Source of the DNA: Octopus sinensis
Taxonomy: Eukaryota
Assembly: GCF_006345805.1 (NCBI RefSeq)
Contig: NC_043007.1
Span: forward strand, 43,586,001 to 43,650,000
Length of the DNA stretch: 64,000 bases
Reading direction: 5' to 3'
The notes below the pieces were generated by a model. It ran no database searches. It was given only the letters and a program-made list of their open reading frames with translations, and was not told where the DNA came from. The position numbers and the translations under genes are program-made. Of the stretch, positions 13,185-27,780 are shown one piece after another (the stretch's first letter is position 1; every line of letters starts with the position of its first letter).

Positions 13185-13563
13185 TTGATTGATACTTCAT
13201 TTTATCGACCTCGGAATGATAAAAGGCAAAGCTGACCCCGGCGAGAGTTGAACACAGAACGTTACGAGTCGGAAAGGATATTACAAAGCATTTTTTCTGA
13301 CACTCTAACAAAAGCTCGTCGTTTTTTATGTACCAGTATCTAATGGTTTCAAATATTGGCACAAAACCAGCTCTTGTGTGTTTGAGGGTGTGCAAGTCGA
13401 TTGTATCGACTCCACTGCTCATCTGGTACTTATTTTACCGACCCCAAAAGGAAGAAAGGCAGAGTTGACCTCGATGGAATTTGAACTCAGAACGCTGAGA
13501 CGGACGAAATGCCGCAAAGCATTTTGCCCGGCATGCTAACGAGTCTGCCAAGCTCGCCGCCTT
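13185..13563 (-). mobile_element. Two adjacent SINE family A copies
   Basis: Two reverse-complement cores (13200-13265 and 13420-13563). Confidence 0.75.
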
Positions 13564-14009
13564 GCAGAAGTATCAAATGTCAACATTGCTGTTGTTGTTG
13601 TGGTTGTTGTGTATTACAGAAAAGTAATGAAATAGGAGAGAAGATAAGGAACCAGACTAAACACTGTTCAATTATTTAGTTTCATTTCCTTAACATTTTC
13701 AGTACAATTCTTAAACGACATTGGCTTTCTTCTCTTTGGGATTACTTAAGACTATAAACTATAATATCAGTCACTTACTTGGGTCGAATCTCTCTCTCTC
13801 GCTCTTTAAATATATGTGTTAAATTAAGAGATTTAACACATATCGTTTAGCCTCGAACTCAGATCTAATGAAGCTAACTTATCATCGAAGACATGAATAC
13901 ATATATCTCGTCGTGGCCCTGGTAAATTGCAGCCAGAATCACAATGTTCAATGTGTTCTTCCCTTTTTTAGATGGTACGGTGTTATATGAGAGAGGTTAG
14001 GCTGCTGTT

Positions 14010-14145
<136 letters not shown>

Positions 14146-14404
14146 TGTTATGAGGACTCACGTTTTAACCACAAAGAATAATCTCCAACTCTAAGCTATT
14201 AAGAAAGCATGTGGCAACTTGAAGATCCACCCACCACACGCAATAAAATGGCGGTTGCACGGGCGCGACAGCTACATTGTTATCCTCATTCCGTAAACGG
14301 TAGCTTTAACGGGTGGAGAGCTGAAGCCAGCCTAGGGCACAGAGGATTCGTAATCTAGACTGAGGTCTGAAAGTTTACCACACGATAGTGGGTTACTTCA
14401 TGGT

Positions 14405-14612
14405 TCCTCTGCTTTGTGGCAGAAGCAGGAAGAAAGAGTGAGAGAAAGTTGTGGTGAAAGAGTACATCAGGATTCACTACCATCCCCTACCGGAGCCTCG
14501 TAGAGCTTAGGTGCTTTGCTCAAAAAACACTCACAATGCCCAGTCTGGGAATCGAAACAGCGATCCTACGACCGCGAGTCCGTTACCCTAACCACTGGGC
14601 CATTGCGTCACA
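14405..14612 (-). mobile_element. tRNA-derived SINE (family C)
   Basis: Minus-strand head gacgcaatggcccagtggttaggg...tttcgattccc has A and B boxes, followed by a non-tRNA body. Confidence 0.65.
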
Positions 14613-15178
14613 ATGGCTGCTGTTGTTGAAATGGTAGAGCGTTGAACTAAATACTTTACGGTATTTAGTTATGTTTGTTAACGTTTAATTAACGTAGACA
14701 TAGCTGAGTAGTTAAGTTTGTATCGCATCACGAGGCCCTAGGTTCGATACCACTGCCTGACGTCTTTTATCATATCCTCCGGTCAATCTAATGACACTGA
14801 TTTCATTATATACTTTCTCTATATACTTTCTGTAAAGTCAGATAATTTAATTTAATTTAATAGTATATCTAATTAATCCTGGATTCTTCACTATGTCATA
14901 CTAACGAGAACCAACTAGATCAAAATAGCAGCTATATGCGAATGTTAAGCACAATTATGATTAAGAGAAAAATATAAGGTATGAAAACTGAAGAAAAAAT
15001 CGCATAAAGATAATATGCTTTATTTCTTTCGCTTCACTAAAGGAAAAAAATTAAAAAAAAAATTTTTGGCAACAAATTTTATCCCTTAGTACACACACAC
15101 ACATGCATGCATGTGTATATATACAATTTTGTACATATATATGTACACACACACACACACACAACACACACACACACA

Positions 15179-15225
<47 letters not shown>

Positions 15226-16672
15226 CGAAAGAAGGTTGAAAATGCAATTTTAAAAGATGTTTATTTACTCTACCGGTTTCACTCTTTGGAAAAAGTTGTC
15301 AAAAGTAACATGTAAAAGTTTGGTTGCGTTAATTATTGGTTGTTACAAAATGCTACATTACATATATACAGTTTTTGATAACAAGAACATGTTAAGGACA
15401 TAAACAAGTTTAACAAGTTCCTTAAAATATTGGGCACAAAAGATTACAATATAAATATACATTCTCAATAATTTAACGCAGGCAAGTATACAAAAGTTGG
15501 TGAAAGTAAATCACGAAAGTAACGCAGGCAAGTAAACAAAAATAAAATAGAACAGAGTGGCGAAAATAACCACAGGCAGTAAGTAACAATATCCAAAAAC
15601 ACAACAGTCAAGCTAAAGAACCATTCGAATAAACTACACGCGGTTGAAAAATGCATTTAGTAGAGATGACCCGGAAGTTGTTGCTCTTCCGCAAACAGCA
15701 ATACACGTCTTTGATTGGTTAAAAGTATCCAAATACGACAACTTTAACACGAAATAACTTTTAAAATACGAAATTTTGTCAAAAATGTTCAGAGTAAACC
15801 GTGTTCTACGTGAGAAATTCTACCAGTATTAGAAGTTTCAAATTGTTTAGTTAAAAAAATTCAATTAAAAAAATCTGTGATTGAAACTAAATAGATCCGA
15901 CTTATGTCCTCTTAACTACTGAAATCCTTAGGTGTAGCTAAATTTTAGCTTCTTGTTACAACTAGTGTAAATCCTACATGTTTTGCAATACAAATATTCA
16001 GGAAATATCTATTTTTATGTTACTGGATTAATATTTAACTTTTTTCACATATTTAACCAGAGAAAACAAATTTCCTTGTTCTGGCTACAAGCTATTAACC
16101 GAATTGTTTATTTAAATTTCGAATAGATTATACTTAAATATATGTATAAGCTAGTTCTAGCATAACGATTGTTCTGTAATTATTCTAGTCTCATCCAATC
16201 CATCTCTCACTCAACACATCACTCTGTTCATATATTTTACCTTCGCTCATTCACAACATCCATCAAATTGTCGCTCCGCCTTCTCTCTAGATTCTATGAC
16301 CTTCTTCTTACTGCATAATACATCCTGTATGTCCGACCACAAAATTTGTCCTTTCTGATCTGTGCTTCCTTCTGTCTTCCATATTTTGCCTTTCCCTATC
16401 TTGCGCTTTTTAAATGATTTGTTAGTAAATTTTCTCAAATATTTTTGATGAACTGTTTTGGACCAGTGAAACGTGCCATAACACACTATGGAGTGTTTTG
16501 AAGGAATAAGATTTATACATTACATTCTGCAAGTATTAAATACGTTTTAGAATTTTGGTTAAATTAATCTTTAATTAAGAATAGCCAATAATATATACAT
16601 TCATATGTATGAATATATGTATAATTGTCAACATGTCTGTTCCAAAATACTGCTATATTTAAACACAGGTAA

Positions 16673-16905
16673 AAGCGGCGAGCTGGCAGAAACGTTAGCA
16701 CGCCGGGCGAAATGCGTAGCCGTATTTCGTGTGCCGTTACGTTCTGAGTTCAAATTCCGCCGAGCTCGACTTTGCCCTTTCATCCTTTCGGGGTCGATAA
16801 ATTCAGTACCAGTTACGCACTGGGGTCGATATAATCGACTTAATCCGTTTGTCTGTCCTTGTTTGTCCCCTCTGTGTTTAGCCCCTTGTGGGTAGTAAAG
16901 AAATA
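16673..16905 (+). mobile_element. SINE family A, full-length copy
   Basis: gcggcgagctggcagaaacgttagc (A-box-like), gagttcaaattcc (B box), conserved core, and tail gccccttgtgggtagtaaagaaata. Confidence 0.85.
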
Positions 16906-17009
16906 TATATTTAAACACATGATTTTCACTTCAGAATCTTGCAAAATATTATATACATACATACGTACGTACGTACGTACGTACGTACATACATACATAC
17001 ATACATACA

Positions 17010-17040
<31 letters not shown>

Positions 17041-17524
17041 TTATATATACACACGAACGGGAACGTTAAACTCTGAGTAGCCGTTTCTTTGTGATTTCTT
17101 GTGATCTTTTTGTAGCTTTAGTAATAAAGCATATTACTCTACCTCAGGTATTCGAGTATTATTTTTCCCCACCTTGTTTCACATTTATATATATGGCATG
17201 TGCTTACTCTGGTATATATATATATAATGGAGAAATTGTACAAAATGTATAAAACTATATAACCACATGTTTCTCTGTTATCTAGAAAATTAGCTTTGTA
17301 TTGAAGTCGACTAAAGGACACAATATATTGTTAATGGGTATTTCGTGAATATTTTGAAATGTAAACATTGGACCTTTAGAATCACATTACAACACTTGAT
17401 TTTCTAATTTTCCCTACCATATCAACACATCAAAACTATAAACCCACTAATACATTTTCATTTCTTTCCGGATTGTTTCGGAAAATAGTCGCCTCAGTCG
17501 TACGACCCAGACTACATTTCCAGT

Positions 17525-18480
17525 ATGCCTAAAGTTACAGAGTTTTTCGAAATTGAAAAAGGGAAGATTCTTGCATTGAAAGTGGAAGAAATGATTAACC
17601 AGAAGATCGCCGAGAAGATTCGGCCAAACAGAACGCAAGTGGGCAATTTTCTGAAAGATCCCGACGGCTTAATAGGTTTCGTGTTGGTGGATGTCCCAAG
17701 GCTACATCAGAAAAGGATGAAAATGCTATTATCAGAGCTGTGAAGAAGTCACGCTGCTCTTCTGTTCCCAAAATCAATGCATCAGCAGGAGCAAAAACCT
17801 CGATATCTACCGTAAGAAAAATGGTTCTGAACCATGGTTTCCACCTGAAGAAGCGGTTAGGATGTCCGTTATTGTTCCCTTCCTACAAAACTGTTAGGTT
17901 GGAGTTTGTTCGGCAGCATTAAACGTGAGATGGTGAATGGACCAGGCTTCTGTTCTCTGATGAGAAAAAGTGGAATTTGGTTATCCCCGACGGTTATACG
18001 AGTTAATAGGCAGATACATGTATACAAAATTTTGCGACAGAAAAGCGAAAGAGGTCTTATAGTGTGGGGAGCAATATCTGCCAATGGGAAGCTGCCACTC
18101 GTCATCATAGATGGCCGTTTCAATGGTGCACAATATATTAGATGGGGCTCACATTCACGAAGACGGAAGAATGCTCCATGGCGAGAACTTCATATTTCAA
18201 CAGGACAATGCTCTTATTCATAAAGCAAAGGCAACTTTGGAGTTCCTCCATACAACTGGGGTTGATGTCATGCCATGGTTAGCAAGAAGTCCCGATCTTA
18301 ATCCTGTTGAGAATGCCTGGGGATATCTCACGAATGTTGTGTACAGTGAAGGCAAGTAATATTCATGTGTTGATGAATTGAAACGGCAATAAAGGTCTGG
18401 GAAGAGTTTCCACATGCTCTACTGTTGAAGTTGATAGGGTGCATGAAATCACATGTTTTTGAAGTATCGTTGCTAGTATT
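17525..18480 (+). mobile_element. Tc1-family (DD34E) transposase pseudogene
   Basis: FSDEKKWN, VWGAISANGK, FQQDNALIHKAK...WLARSPDLNPVENAW (34 residues between D and E); multiple frameshifts. Confidence 0.85.
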
Positions 18481-18722
18481 GCACGAGAATATCATTGAAA
18501 TATATCATAATTTTCCTGTTTTGCATCATTTTCGCAACATTATTCAACCTGGCGTTACAGTTTTGAACAGAGGGTTTCTGGCTCTGTATATTTTTGAATT
18601 ATTATTTAATTTACTTATGGTTTTCAATAATTTGAATTTTGCAATGCCTTTTTCTATTCCGTTTCCTATCTAGAGGTGAGTTTCATGAATTTGGGTAGAT
18701 TGTGGGTAACATAATCCACCAG

Positions 18723-18787
<65 letters not shown>

Positions 18788-18790
<3 letters not shown>

Positions 18791-18945
18791 AATGGGTGCT
18801 AAAAAGTTCTTGGCTTTGGGTAAAAGAAAATAAAGGAACATCAGTTAATTATGATTTCATTCAGCATATTTCACTCTCAGATTCACATACTTATTGCAGC
18901 GGTCGTTCAGTTTTATATTTCGAAGAATTGTAAAAGAACTTGGTT
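18788..18945. mobile_element. Partial mariner-type MITE
   Basis: aaaagttcttggctttgggtaaaagaaaata...ctctcagattcacatacttattgcagcggtc, matching 61098-61250. Confidence 0.6.
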
Positions 18946-19558
18946 ATATATTATACGCATATATGTATGTATATGTGCGTGTAAAACTTACAAAAAGACC
19001 ATGAAGGAACAAAAAGCTGAACACAAAGACGATCAGAGCCTGTGCATCCTCAGTACATTCCGAGTCTTGGAATGCATACTTTAGCCTCACGAAAAAGTTT
19101 AATTCTTTCCATTTATGGTGCCTCGGTAAAATTCTAAACATTGAAATGACGAAATAAAATGGCCAACATTGAAATATTGCAAGTAGCGTAAATCATTGCC
19201 TATGTAAGTGACTATTACCATGAATAGGCCATGTTGAATATATGAAAGACTGCAGAATTCTAGAATCATTCGTGCTTGGCAAAATTTTTTAAGAAGAGAA
19301 AGATCCAAGCTATGACCAAATGCCATAATGTTTACAATAAATTGTTAAGTGTTGATATTGGCAGAACAGCTTGTAGGACTGTATTGTGCCAAGGTAGTTT
19401 TGCTGTGTCATAGAATATTACTTATGCCAAGTACTTATTTACTAATAACTAATCTGCTAAGAAAATTAAGCCGAGGTTGTAATGTTAGATAAAAGAACAA
19501 CAACGCAAAATTATTCTCGCAAATGCTAGCTTAACTCATCACTACAGAGAGAGAGAGA

Positions 19559-19623
<65 letters not shown>

Positions 19624-19624
19624 G

Positions 19625-20580
19625 TATCTCTCAGATCGTTGTTGTTGTAGTTAAAATGCAAAACGATTTAAAGAATTCATCGATATCCAGCTTAGTTTTT
19701 GACGGACCTTTACATATAAAGACAATCTATAACTACGAGCATTTGCTTGTTACTTTAATTACTTCTGATGTAATTGTGAAAGAGCGGATGTTGAACACTG
19801 TAATATAAAACACAAGAAAAAACAACCACTAGTAGTGCTGACATGAAAATAAACTTGACAGATTCTTAACAACTGCTGATGTTGGTTTGAATAATAGCAA
19901 TAGTGTTGAATAGATAGTGTATCTGCGTAGAAAGATTAATTGCATTCACGAATAGTAGTCCCAGCCTTTCAGTATTTTTTACTGCTTTTTGTATTGTTCA
20001 TCTTGAAAATCTGGCAACTCGGATACTTTAATTATGAAGTTGTTAGGAAATCTGTCTTTGAAATTGTTAATTCCAACTGCTTAAATGAGAACACCCAACG
20101 ACATACCAGAAATTTTATTGAAGACCTAGAGTTTCAGGATTAACTCAATCATCGTTTTTTTCCTACAACATTGTTGAATGACTGTCAACCAACAATGTCT
20201 AGAATAAAATTGTGAATCTGTTGGAGCCTTTTACTATTATTTTTCTTAAAAGAAAGGAAAATATCGTGTCTTTAACTGGAAAGTGATGAATGGACGCAGG
20301 ATCTAATATTTTTTACTGATATAATCAATCATCTATAAGCTATAACCTTGGAACTCCAGAGAAGAGATAAGATTGTTTCTATTCTTACTCAGGTAATTTG
20401 CGGCTTTGAGGATAAAGTGAGAATATTTCAAGAAGATATGGTGTCATGGAAATGCAGTCACTTTTATCTCAACAGGAGATTAAATACATTGTTTCAACTA
20501 AGAAATCACTCACTGGAAGAGCACAAATATAAATTGCAGAAACTACTTGATTATATCTCATTTAGGTTTGATGTTTTTAA
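19625..20580 (+). mobile_element. hAT (SPIN/Buster/GTF2IRD2-like) transposase relic
   Basis: EWTQDLIFFTDIINHL*AITLELQRRDK...FEDKVRIFQEDM...HF resembles the hAT W..DLAFL.DI..HLN.LN..LQG block. Many stops. Confidence 0.6.
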
Positions 20581-21070
20581 GAACTTAATATTCAACATTC
20601 GTGATTTGATACGGTCAATGATAGCTGTTCAGTTGTCGAAACTCTGGTTGGAATCATCAACAGTTAGAAGCGGCGAATGGGCAGTGGTTTGAGCATCGGC
20701 CAGAATGTGTCGTGGTATTTGAGGCCAGCTTGCCCTTATGGGGTCGATAAAGTACCAGTCAATGGCAGAAATGTAAGAACGTCAGCCTGGAGTTTATATA
20801 TGCGTTGATGAGTAAACGTATGAATATATGTCCGTATGTATGACCATTTATATATGAGTGTTGTATATATGTGCGTGTAGGTATATAAGTATATATATGT
20901 GCATGTGTATATATATATATATATATAATATATATATATGTATGCAGAGATTTTTATGCATGACTATATACGCTATGTATTTATGTATGCATGTATATAT
21001 ATATATATATATATGAATATATAAATGCGTGTATACATATATACTACATACATACATACATACATAATAC

Positions 21071-21102
<32 letters not shown>

Positions 21103-21130
21103 CAATGTTTTGCGTTCTTGTCCCATTTTG

Positions 21131-21174
<44 letters not shown>

Positions 21175-21236
21175 GCGGCGTAGTAAACTTTGTTCTCTCT
21201 CTCTCTCTCCCTCTCTCTTCTCCCCCTCTCTCTCTG

Positions 21237-21275
<39 letters not shown>

Positions 21276-22341
21276 CTTTCACAATATAACGTATATATTC
21301 ACTCTATTTATTATTTTTTATTTATTTTCCATTTTATTGTAATATTATCAATTTTTGCATCTAGTCTTCTATTTATTTATTTATTTGCCTATTTAAGTGT
21401 AGATGTTTACATACATATCAAGTCATCTATTTGCTACCTATTTATTTTTTACTTATTTACTTATACTGGGTAGTTTTATACATACATATCTATCATTTAT
21501 TTTTATTTAATTTTAATAATATATGAATACATATATACTGGTTTTACTTATAATTATGTGTATAACCGTATTATTTCCTTCGTATTTATTCCTTCTTATT
21601 TATTTTATCTCTTTTCATCTAAGTCTTTATAATATAAAATTTATTTAAAATTTCTGTGATGTTCTCATAAGCGTTTACATTATACTTCCCCTTCTATTCT
21701 TTAATGCCTAAACTGGTATATTATGGCACTATATTTATTAAGTTAATAGTGACTTATTTATAATATTTAAATTAATATATATTTTATATTTTTATATTTT
21801 ATAATTTAGCGTACTTAAAACCATAACAAACTTACGATAAATCTAACAACCGTATGTTACTCTGCAACAAACCGGTGTTATAAATTTTAAGTTACCCATG
21901 AAATAAGTATCTGACTTAGTAACATACTGATATTTAAAAATATATTTATATCTAAATTAAATATTTTATGGAATGCATGGATGGTTCTTCTTTTGTTATT
22001 GAGGCACATTTATAATTTTGAAGGACTGAATTGTAGCATAGTTGCTTCCTTTTTGTTTATCTATGTGCTAGTTGTTGCTTGTGATTATGTATGTGTATAA
22101 GTGTATGTATATACATATAATTATGTGTGTATGTGCGATTGATCTGTAGATGCGTGTGTGATATTGGCGTTCCCTGACTAACCACCGTATATTTTCTTTT
22201 GTGATTTAAATTTCAAACCAATAGCCAATCGAATTAATCTATATTTTCTTTACCTAGTGGTCAGCATTTCTTAACTCATAGTTATTTCGATCTTGTAAGG
22301 ATGGACTTGGTGCTAACTTAACTGTATCTTTTTTTATTATA

Positions 22342-22376
<35 letters not shown>

Positions 22377-22740
22377 ATTATTATTATTATTATTATTAAT
22401 AGTAATTTTTATTAACTTTTATAGCTTAGAATCTTTTATGAACTGTACCACGGATTTAATTATTATTTTTCATCTCCATATATGTTAGCCTTTTTTTTTA
22501 TATATATAAAAAAACTATTAGCCAAATATGTATAATATCGGTACTTATTGATATTAATAATACACTATTATTATTTTTTTTTTACTTTGTTCTGTTTACC
22601 TTCCTTTTTTGTACAAATGTGTATTATATTATATAAGTGTAGCATTATGATGTATAGTTTTTATATTTTACATTTTTATATTTTTATATTTATATTATAT
22701 GATTGTATAATATTTTTCACTATATACATTTAATTTAATT

Positions 22741-22852
22741 CTCTGAAGATGGCCGTGGGCATCCTTGTTAATGCCCAGCTTTTATACCTGCCTTATGGCT
22801 TATAGGTTAAATGAGGTATGACTGTCCTCACTGCCGAAACAGCTGTCAGTTT
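22741..22852 (+). ncRNA. Minimal hammerhead-ribozyme-like motif (Penelope type)
   Basis: CTGAAGA-t-GGC...GCC-GAAAC-agct-GTC. Palindromic stem III (ACAGCTGT), long stem II insert, weak stem I. Confidence 0.5.
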
Positions 22853-23045
22853 TGATTTATTTGCATATTATATTTGAACATTTTTTACTTATATCTCTTT
22901 CTCTTTTTACTATTACTGTATATCTCATTTCATTTTATGTATTGCCTTTACTCATATGTAATGGTGTATTAAAGTATGGATTGAGTATCATCGGATAGTT
23001 GATGTTTTACTGATTTAAGTATATTTCTCCATTCTCTAATTTGTA

Positions 23046-23084
<39 letters not shown>

Positions 23085-23593
23085 TGCATTCAAAGATCCC
23101 ATGAGTCCTAAGGAATGCTGGCTTCAAGTTTGAACAAAATACATCAAATTTGGTCAAAGTTATGGTTGAAAATAGGGCGTAGCCAATTTTATTGGGAAAT
23201 CCTATAAGGAATCAGCTTATCGATTTTTAAAATTCTGGTTAAATGGAAAACCCCATAAGGAATCAGTTTATTGATTTTTCACCCCAAATAGGACTTGACC
23301 GAACACGACATTGCTGATTAAAAGAACATCTATATTTATACTTTAAAGTTGGTTTTCACACCCAACCCAGTTCTGCAGAACCAGTGTCGCGACGGGAGCG
23401 CATGGGTTGAGAATTTGATCGGCAGAGGTGATCAGGTTGCATATGCCAGCCCTTTGACCCCACCCCCATCTCATCATCTTTTCCCCATGGGTTGGGAACC
23501 CTTCCAGCAAGGAAAATAGAATGCCCAAAAGGGCTGCAGATCCTCTGTGTCAGAAGCGGTTACGTTCAGATCACAACAAAGTCTTAAGTACAC

Positions 23594-23628
<35 letters not shown>

Positions 23629-24013
23629 CGCACGCACACACACACACACACACATACAAATACACACACATACACACACGTACGTACGTACACCTATTGC
23701 ATGCATGTTTTTGTACACATACATGTTCATGTGTTGCCCGTTTCCTCGATGGAAAAAAAAAGTCTTAAAAAATTTACACGTCGCTAGAAGGGGACTTAAC
23801 TCCGGTTTGTAAACAGTGGTGAATTTCTCCGACTTGAAAATTGTTTAAAGTTCTGATCGGAAATTTATTTTTACCGCTATTCGCTGGTACCTCTGGGGAA
23901 AATAAGTTGTAAATACAGCTAGGATCATGACGAATGTCCTCCTAAAATTGGAGCAACATGCGTGCTAATTTGTGGACGTGCATAAATTACATTCACGTAC
24001 TCACGTACACACA

Positions 24014-24064
<51 letters not shown>

Positions 24065-24458
24065 GCACATACACACATACACACACACATCCTGCCTTTT
24101 ATATATATACAGATAAACACGTTCAACACATCCTTGCTCGAGCCAATATGATACACAATAGTTCATTGATGATATTATGATACTTAAGATATAGACATTA
24201 TCGTGAGAAAAAGAATGGTAGATAAAAATAGTGAATAGGCGAGATCGTTGTAGATTAACCATTAAGGACAGAACAGCTAGACACGTCAATTCGTCGAGCA
24301 AATGCCTGTCAATAATACTACAGATTAACAAAATATCAAACTCCACCCAACTCCATCCAAAATTACTACGTCAGTCAATGTTTTCTCAAATACACGGTCT
24401 ATACGTATCAGGTAAGCACAAACAGAATCTATATACTGCCATATTTTACCTACAGAAA

Positions 24459-24780
<322 letters not shown>

Positions 24781-25194
24781 GCATGTACACATACTGCTGT
24801 GTTGTAGGGAGCTTGCTTCCCAACCACAGAGTACATGCATATGCATAGTATATGTATATAGTATATATATATATACATATATATATATGTATATAGGTAG
24901 TTGTCTTGTACTCTGTTTTTTCGTTGTTAAAAAAATGGTCCGTTCCATGCTGTTTTTACGTTTTCGTTTCTCGTTGAGACTGCGTCTATTTGTGGTGTCC
25001 TGTACACACGTATATATATTTATATATGCATGTATATATACTTGTAGATGTAGGTACGTACATATATGTTTGTATGTATGCATATATTTTATTTATTACA
25101 CTATTGTATGACTGAGCGCCTTCGCGTCGATTCGATTCGATTCGTTTGGTTTCGTTTCGTCTCTTCTTCTTCTCTAAGCTGGTTTATATATATG

Positions 25195-25280
<86 letters not shown>

Positions 25281-25304
25281 CTATATATATATATATCTAT
25301 ATAT

Positions 25305-25363
<59 letters not shown>

Positions 25364-25449
25364 ATAGATACATACATATATATAGACATATATATACACA
25401 CATACTCACACACACATAGCCACACTCAAACACGCGCGCACGGGCACAA

Positions 25450-26295
25450 TTTGCGGTGAATAAACTGTTGTCTAAATTACGCAAAAATTGAAATGACACT
25501 GACATCTCATTTTAACTGATGTATTTACAAAATTACATGAAAATTTCTTGAAATAGTAAAGAGTAAATGTATTCAATAAATTCGCCATTGGCTTCAACCA
25601 CGGCCTCCAGACGGCTTCGGAATCTTCTGCAACTGTTCTGGATGGTTTCCTTGTTTAACTTGGTGAATGCTGCCATAATCCTTACTTTTAGTTCATCTTT
25701 GGTGTTACAAGGAGTTTTGTTGGTTTCTCGATCAACTGTTCGTCACACATAATAATCAAGAGGGTTTCAGTCTGGGGAGTTAGGTGGCTGGATGTTAGGG
25801 GTGATGTGATTGCAGAAATTGTCTGACAGCCATGACTGGGTTCTCATGCTTGTGTGGCATGGTGCAGAGTCCTACTGTCAGATATAGGGTCTTCCAGCAT
25901 CCACCCTCTTGAGTCAGAGCAGCACTATCTCCCACAGCCTCTTGATGTAGGCTTCCGTGTTGAGTCTGAGGCTGTGCGAGAAGATGAATGGAGGCATAAC
26001 TTTGCCATCGCTAGTGATCACGCCAAACACCATGATGTTGACTGGATGTTTGATCTTTATCCCTTTCTGTACATGTCCTCAAATTGCACTGACCTCAGAT
26101 TGACACCCAACAGCACGAATGTCATGCATGTCGTTTCTAAATTTCTGTCAGAGTGAATTGCATCATGGTGCTGTTTTTCTTACAGACGGTGCCCAATTAA
26201 TCCTACTATACTGTTTGGTTGACAAAATCAAAAACAAACAATGCGCATGCGCGAAATTAAAAATATAAAATGGTGACATTTTACCTGCATATATA
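25450..26295 (-). mobile_element. maT/DD37D Tc1-mariner transposon relic
   Basis: HIMVFGVITSDGKVMPPFIF and DSAPCHTS.RTQSWLSDNFCNHITPNI.PPNSPD.NPLDYYV (37-residue D-D spacing). Same family as 49200-50240. Confidence 0.8.
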
Positions 26296-27043
26296 TCATT
26301 CCATATCCCTTCGATCATCGATTGATTCCTATTGATTACATGGTAAATATTTACAAGTCCTTTATAATGCACTTGATGACACAAAAATTTTTTTTAACCT
26401 ATATGTAGCTACGGGTAGTTTATTTTTCTTCTCACGACTACTTCTCTTAAATATAATTGAATACTATTTCTGTATTCTTTCTCTATGAAATTGAGGCACA
26501 TAATTTATGTGACACCACGTCTTAAACAGTAAAAGTTGTTTCTCCATTTAAATTGCAACCACCTGTGGTGTTTCTAATGAAGCTGAATTAATTATTGATC
26601 CTTTTGCGAATCGCATTTAATCTCCAATATCATAGTGAACGACAATAACGTCTGGAAGTCGATATTGCTTCCCATGTGAATTATTGAACTTCAATAATGG
26701 TAACTAGAAGCCCTATCATAATCCTGCTATCTGTTTAATGAAGAAGCTATCGCAATTCTCATCGTTAGACCTCTGAGCCTCACCTGGTTCTCTGTCATAA
26801 AGTCAGCTTCTTATTAATAAGTTCAGTTAAAAATATTTGTTTTGTTTTTGTTAGAAATAGGTAACTAGCTCTCAACACACATAAGACTTGACAATGAAAT
26901 AATCGGTGTCATAAAAACTAGATGGTCACGGCTGAGCAGGGTTGACTCGTGGTTAAATAATTACAACTCTGAGAGGTCAAGAAACTGCGAAACTTGTGCT
27001 TCATTGCAGAAATATTCGTTACATAGTACAGTATAAGTATGTT

Positions 27044-27097
<54 letters not shown>

Positions 27098-27189
27098 TAA
27101 CATATTGCGACGGTTAAACATGTTAGATACACCATTCTACGTTGTAACATTGTGACATACACTTGTTACGTGCTATTGTGATATGGGAA

Positions 27190-27475
27190 GGCACGTGACT
27201 TAATGGTTAGGGTAATCAGCTCATGATCGTAATGTCACGAGTTCGATTCCTAGTGGCGCGTTGTGTCCTTGAGCAAGACTTTATTTCACGTTGCTCTTGT
27301 CCACTCAATTGTACATGTAATTCAAAAGGACCAGCCTTGTTAAATACTGTGTCACGCTGAATTTCCCCGAAAACTACGTTAAGGGTATGCATGTCTGTGT
27401 AGTGCTCAGCCACTTGCAGGTTAATTTCACGAGCATCAATTGGAACCCTCGTCATCGTAACCGACGGAGTGCCAG
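27190..27475 (+). mobile_element. tRNA-derived SINE (family D)
   Basis: Head gtgacttaatggttaggg...gagttcgattcc followed by the gtgtccttgagcaagac domain. Confidence 0.65.
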
Positions 27476-27599
27476 TTATTGTGATATAAACTGTCACATG
27501 CTGTGAGATACATTCGTCAATCATCTCCCGCTATCTCTGCTGCAGCAGAATACGCAGAAGCACGAGATCAATGTTATTGGACTTATCTCATGTTAATTT

Positions 27600-27780
27600 C
27601 ATCAGCCATACGGAGAAAATGCTTTGCGGCATTTCTTCCGGTTTCACGCTCTGAGTTCGAATGCTGCCGAAGTAGACTTTGCTTTTGCTTTTCTTCTTTT
27701 CAAGGTTCATAAAATAAGTAATAGTTGAGCACTGGGGTCGATGTAATCGATTATCTCTGTACCACCGAATTTCAGGCCAT
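27600..27780 (+). mobile_element. SINE family A, diverged
   Basis: ctgagttcgaatgc..ccga..gactttgc ... gttgagcactggggtcgatgtaatcga. Confidence 0.65.

Noticed and set aside
14540-14612. tRNA-like sequences (also 14695-14760, 27190-27260 and the SINE heads)
   Set aside because: A/B boxes are present, but there is no complete cloverleaf and they run into repeat bodies; these are SINE heads, not tRNA genes.
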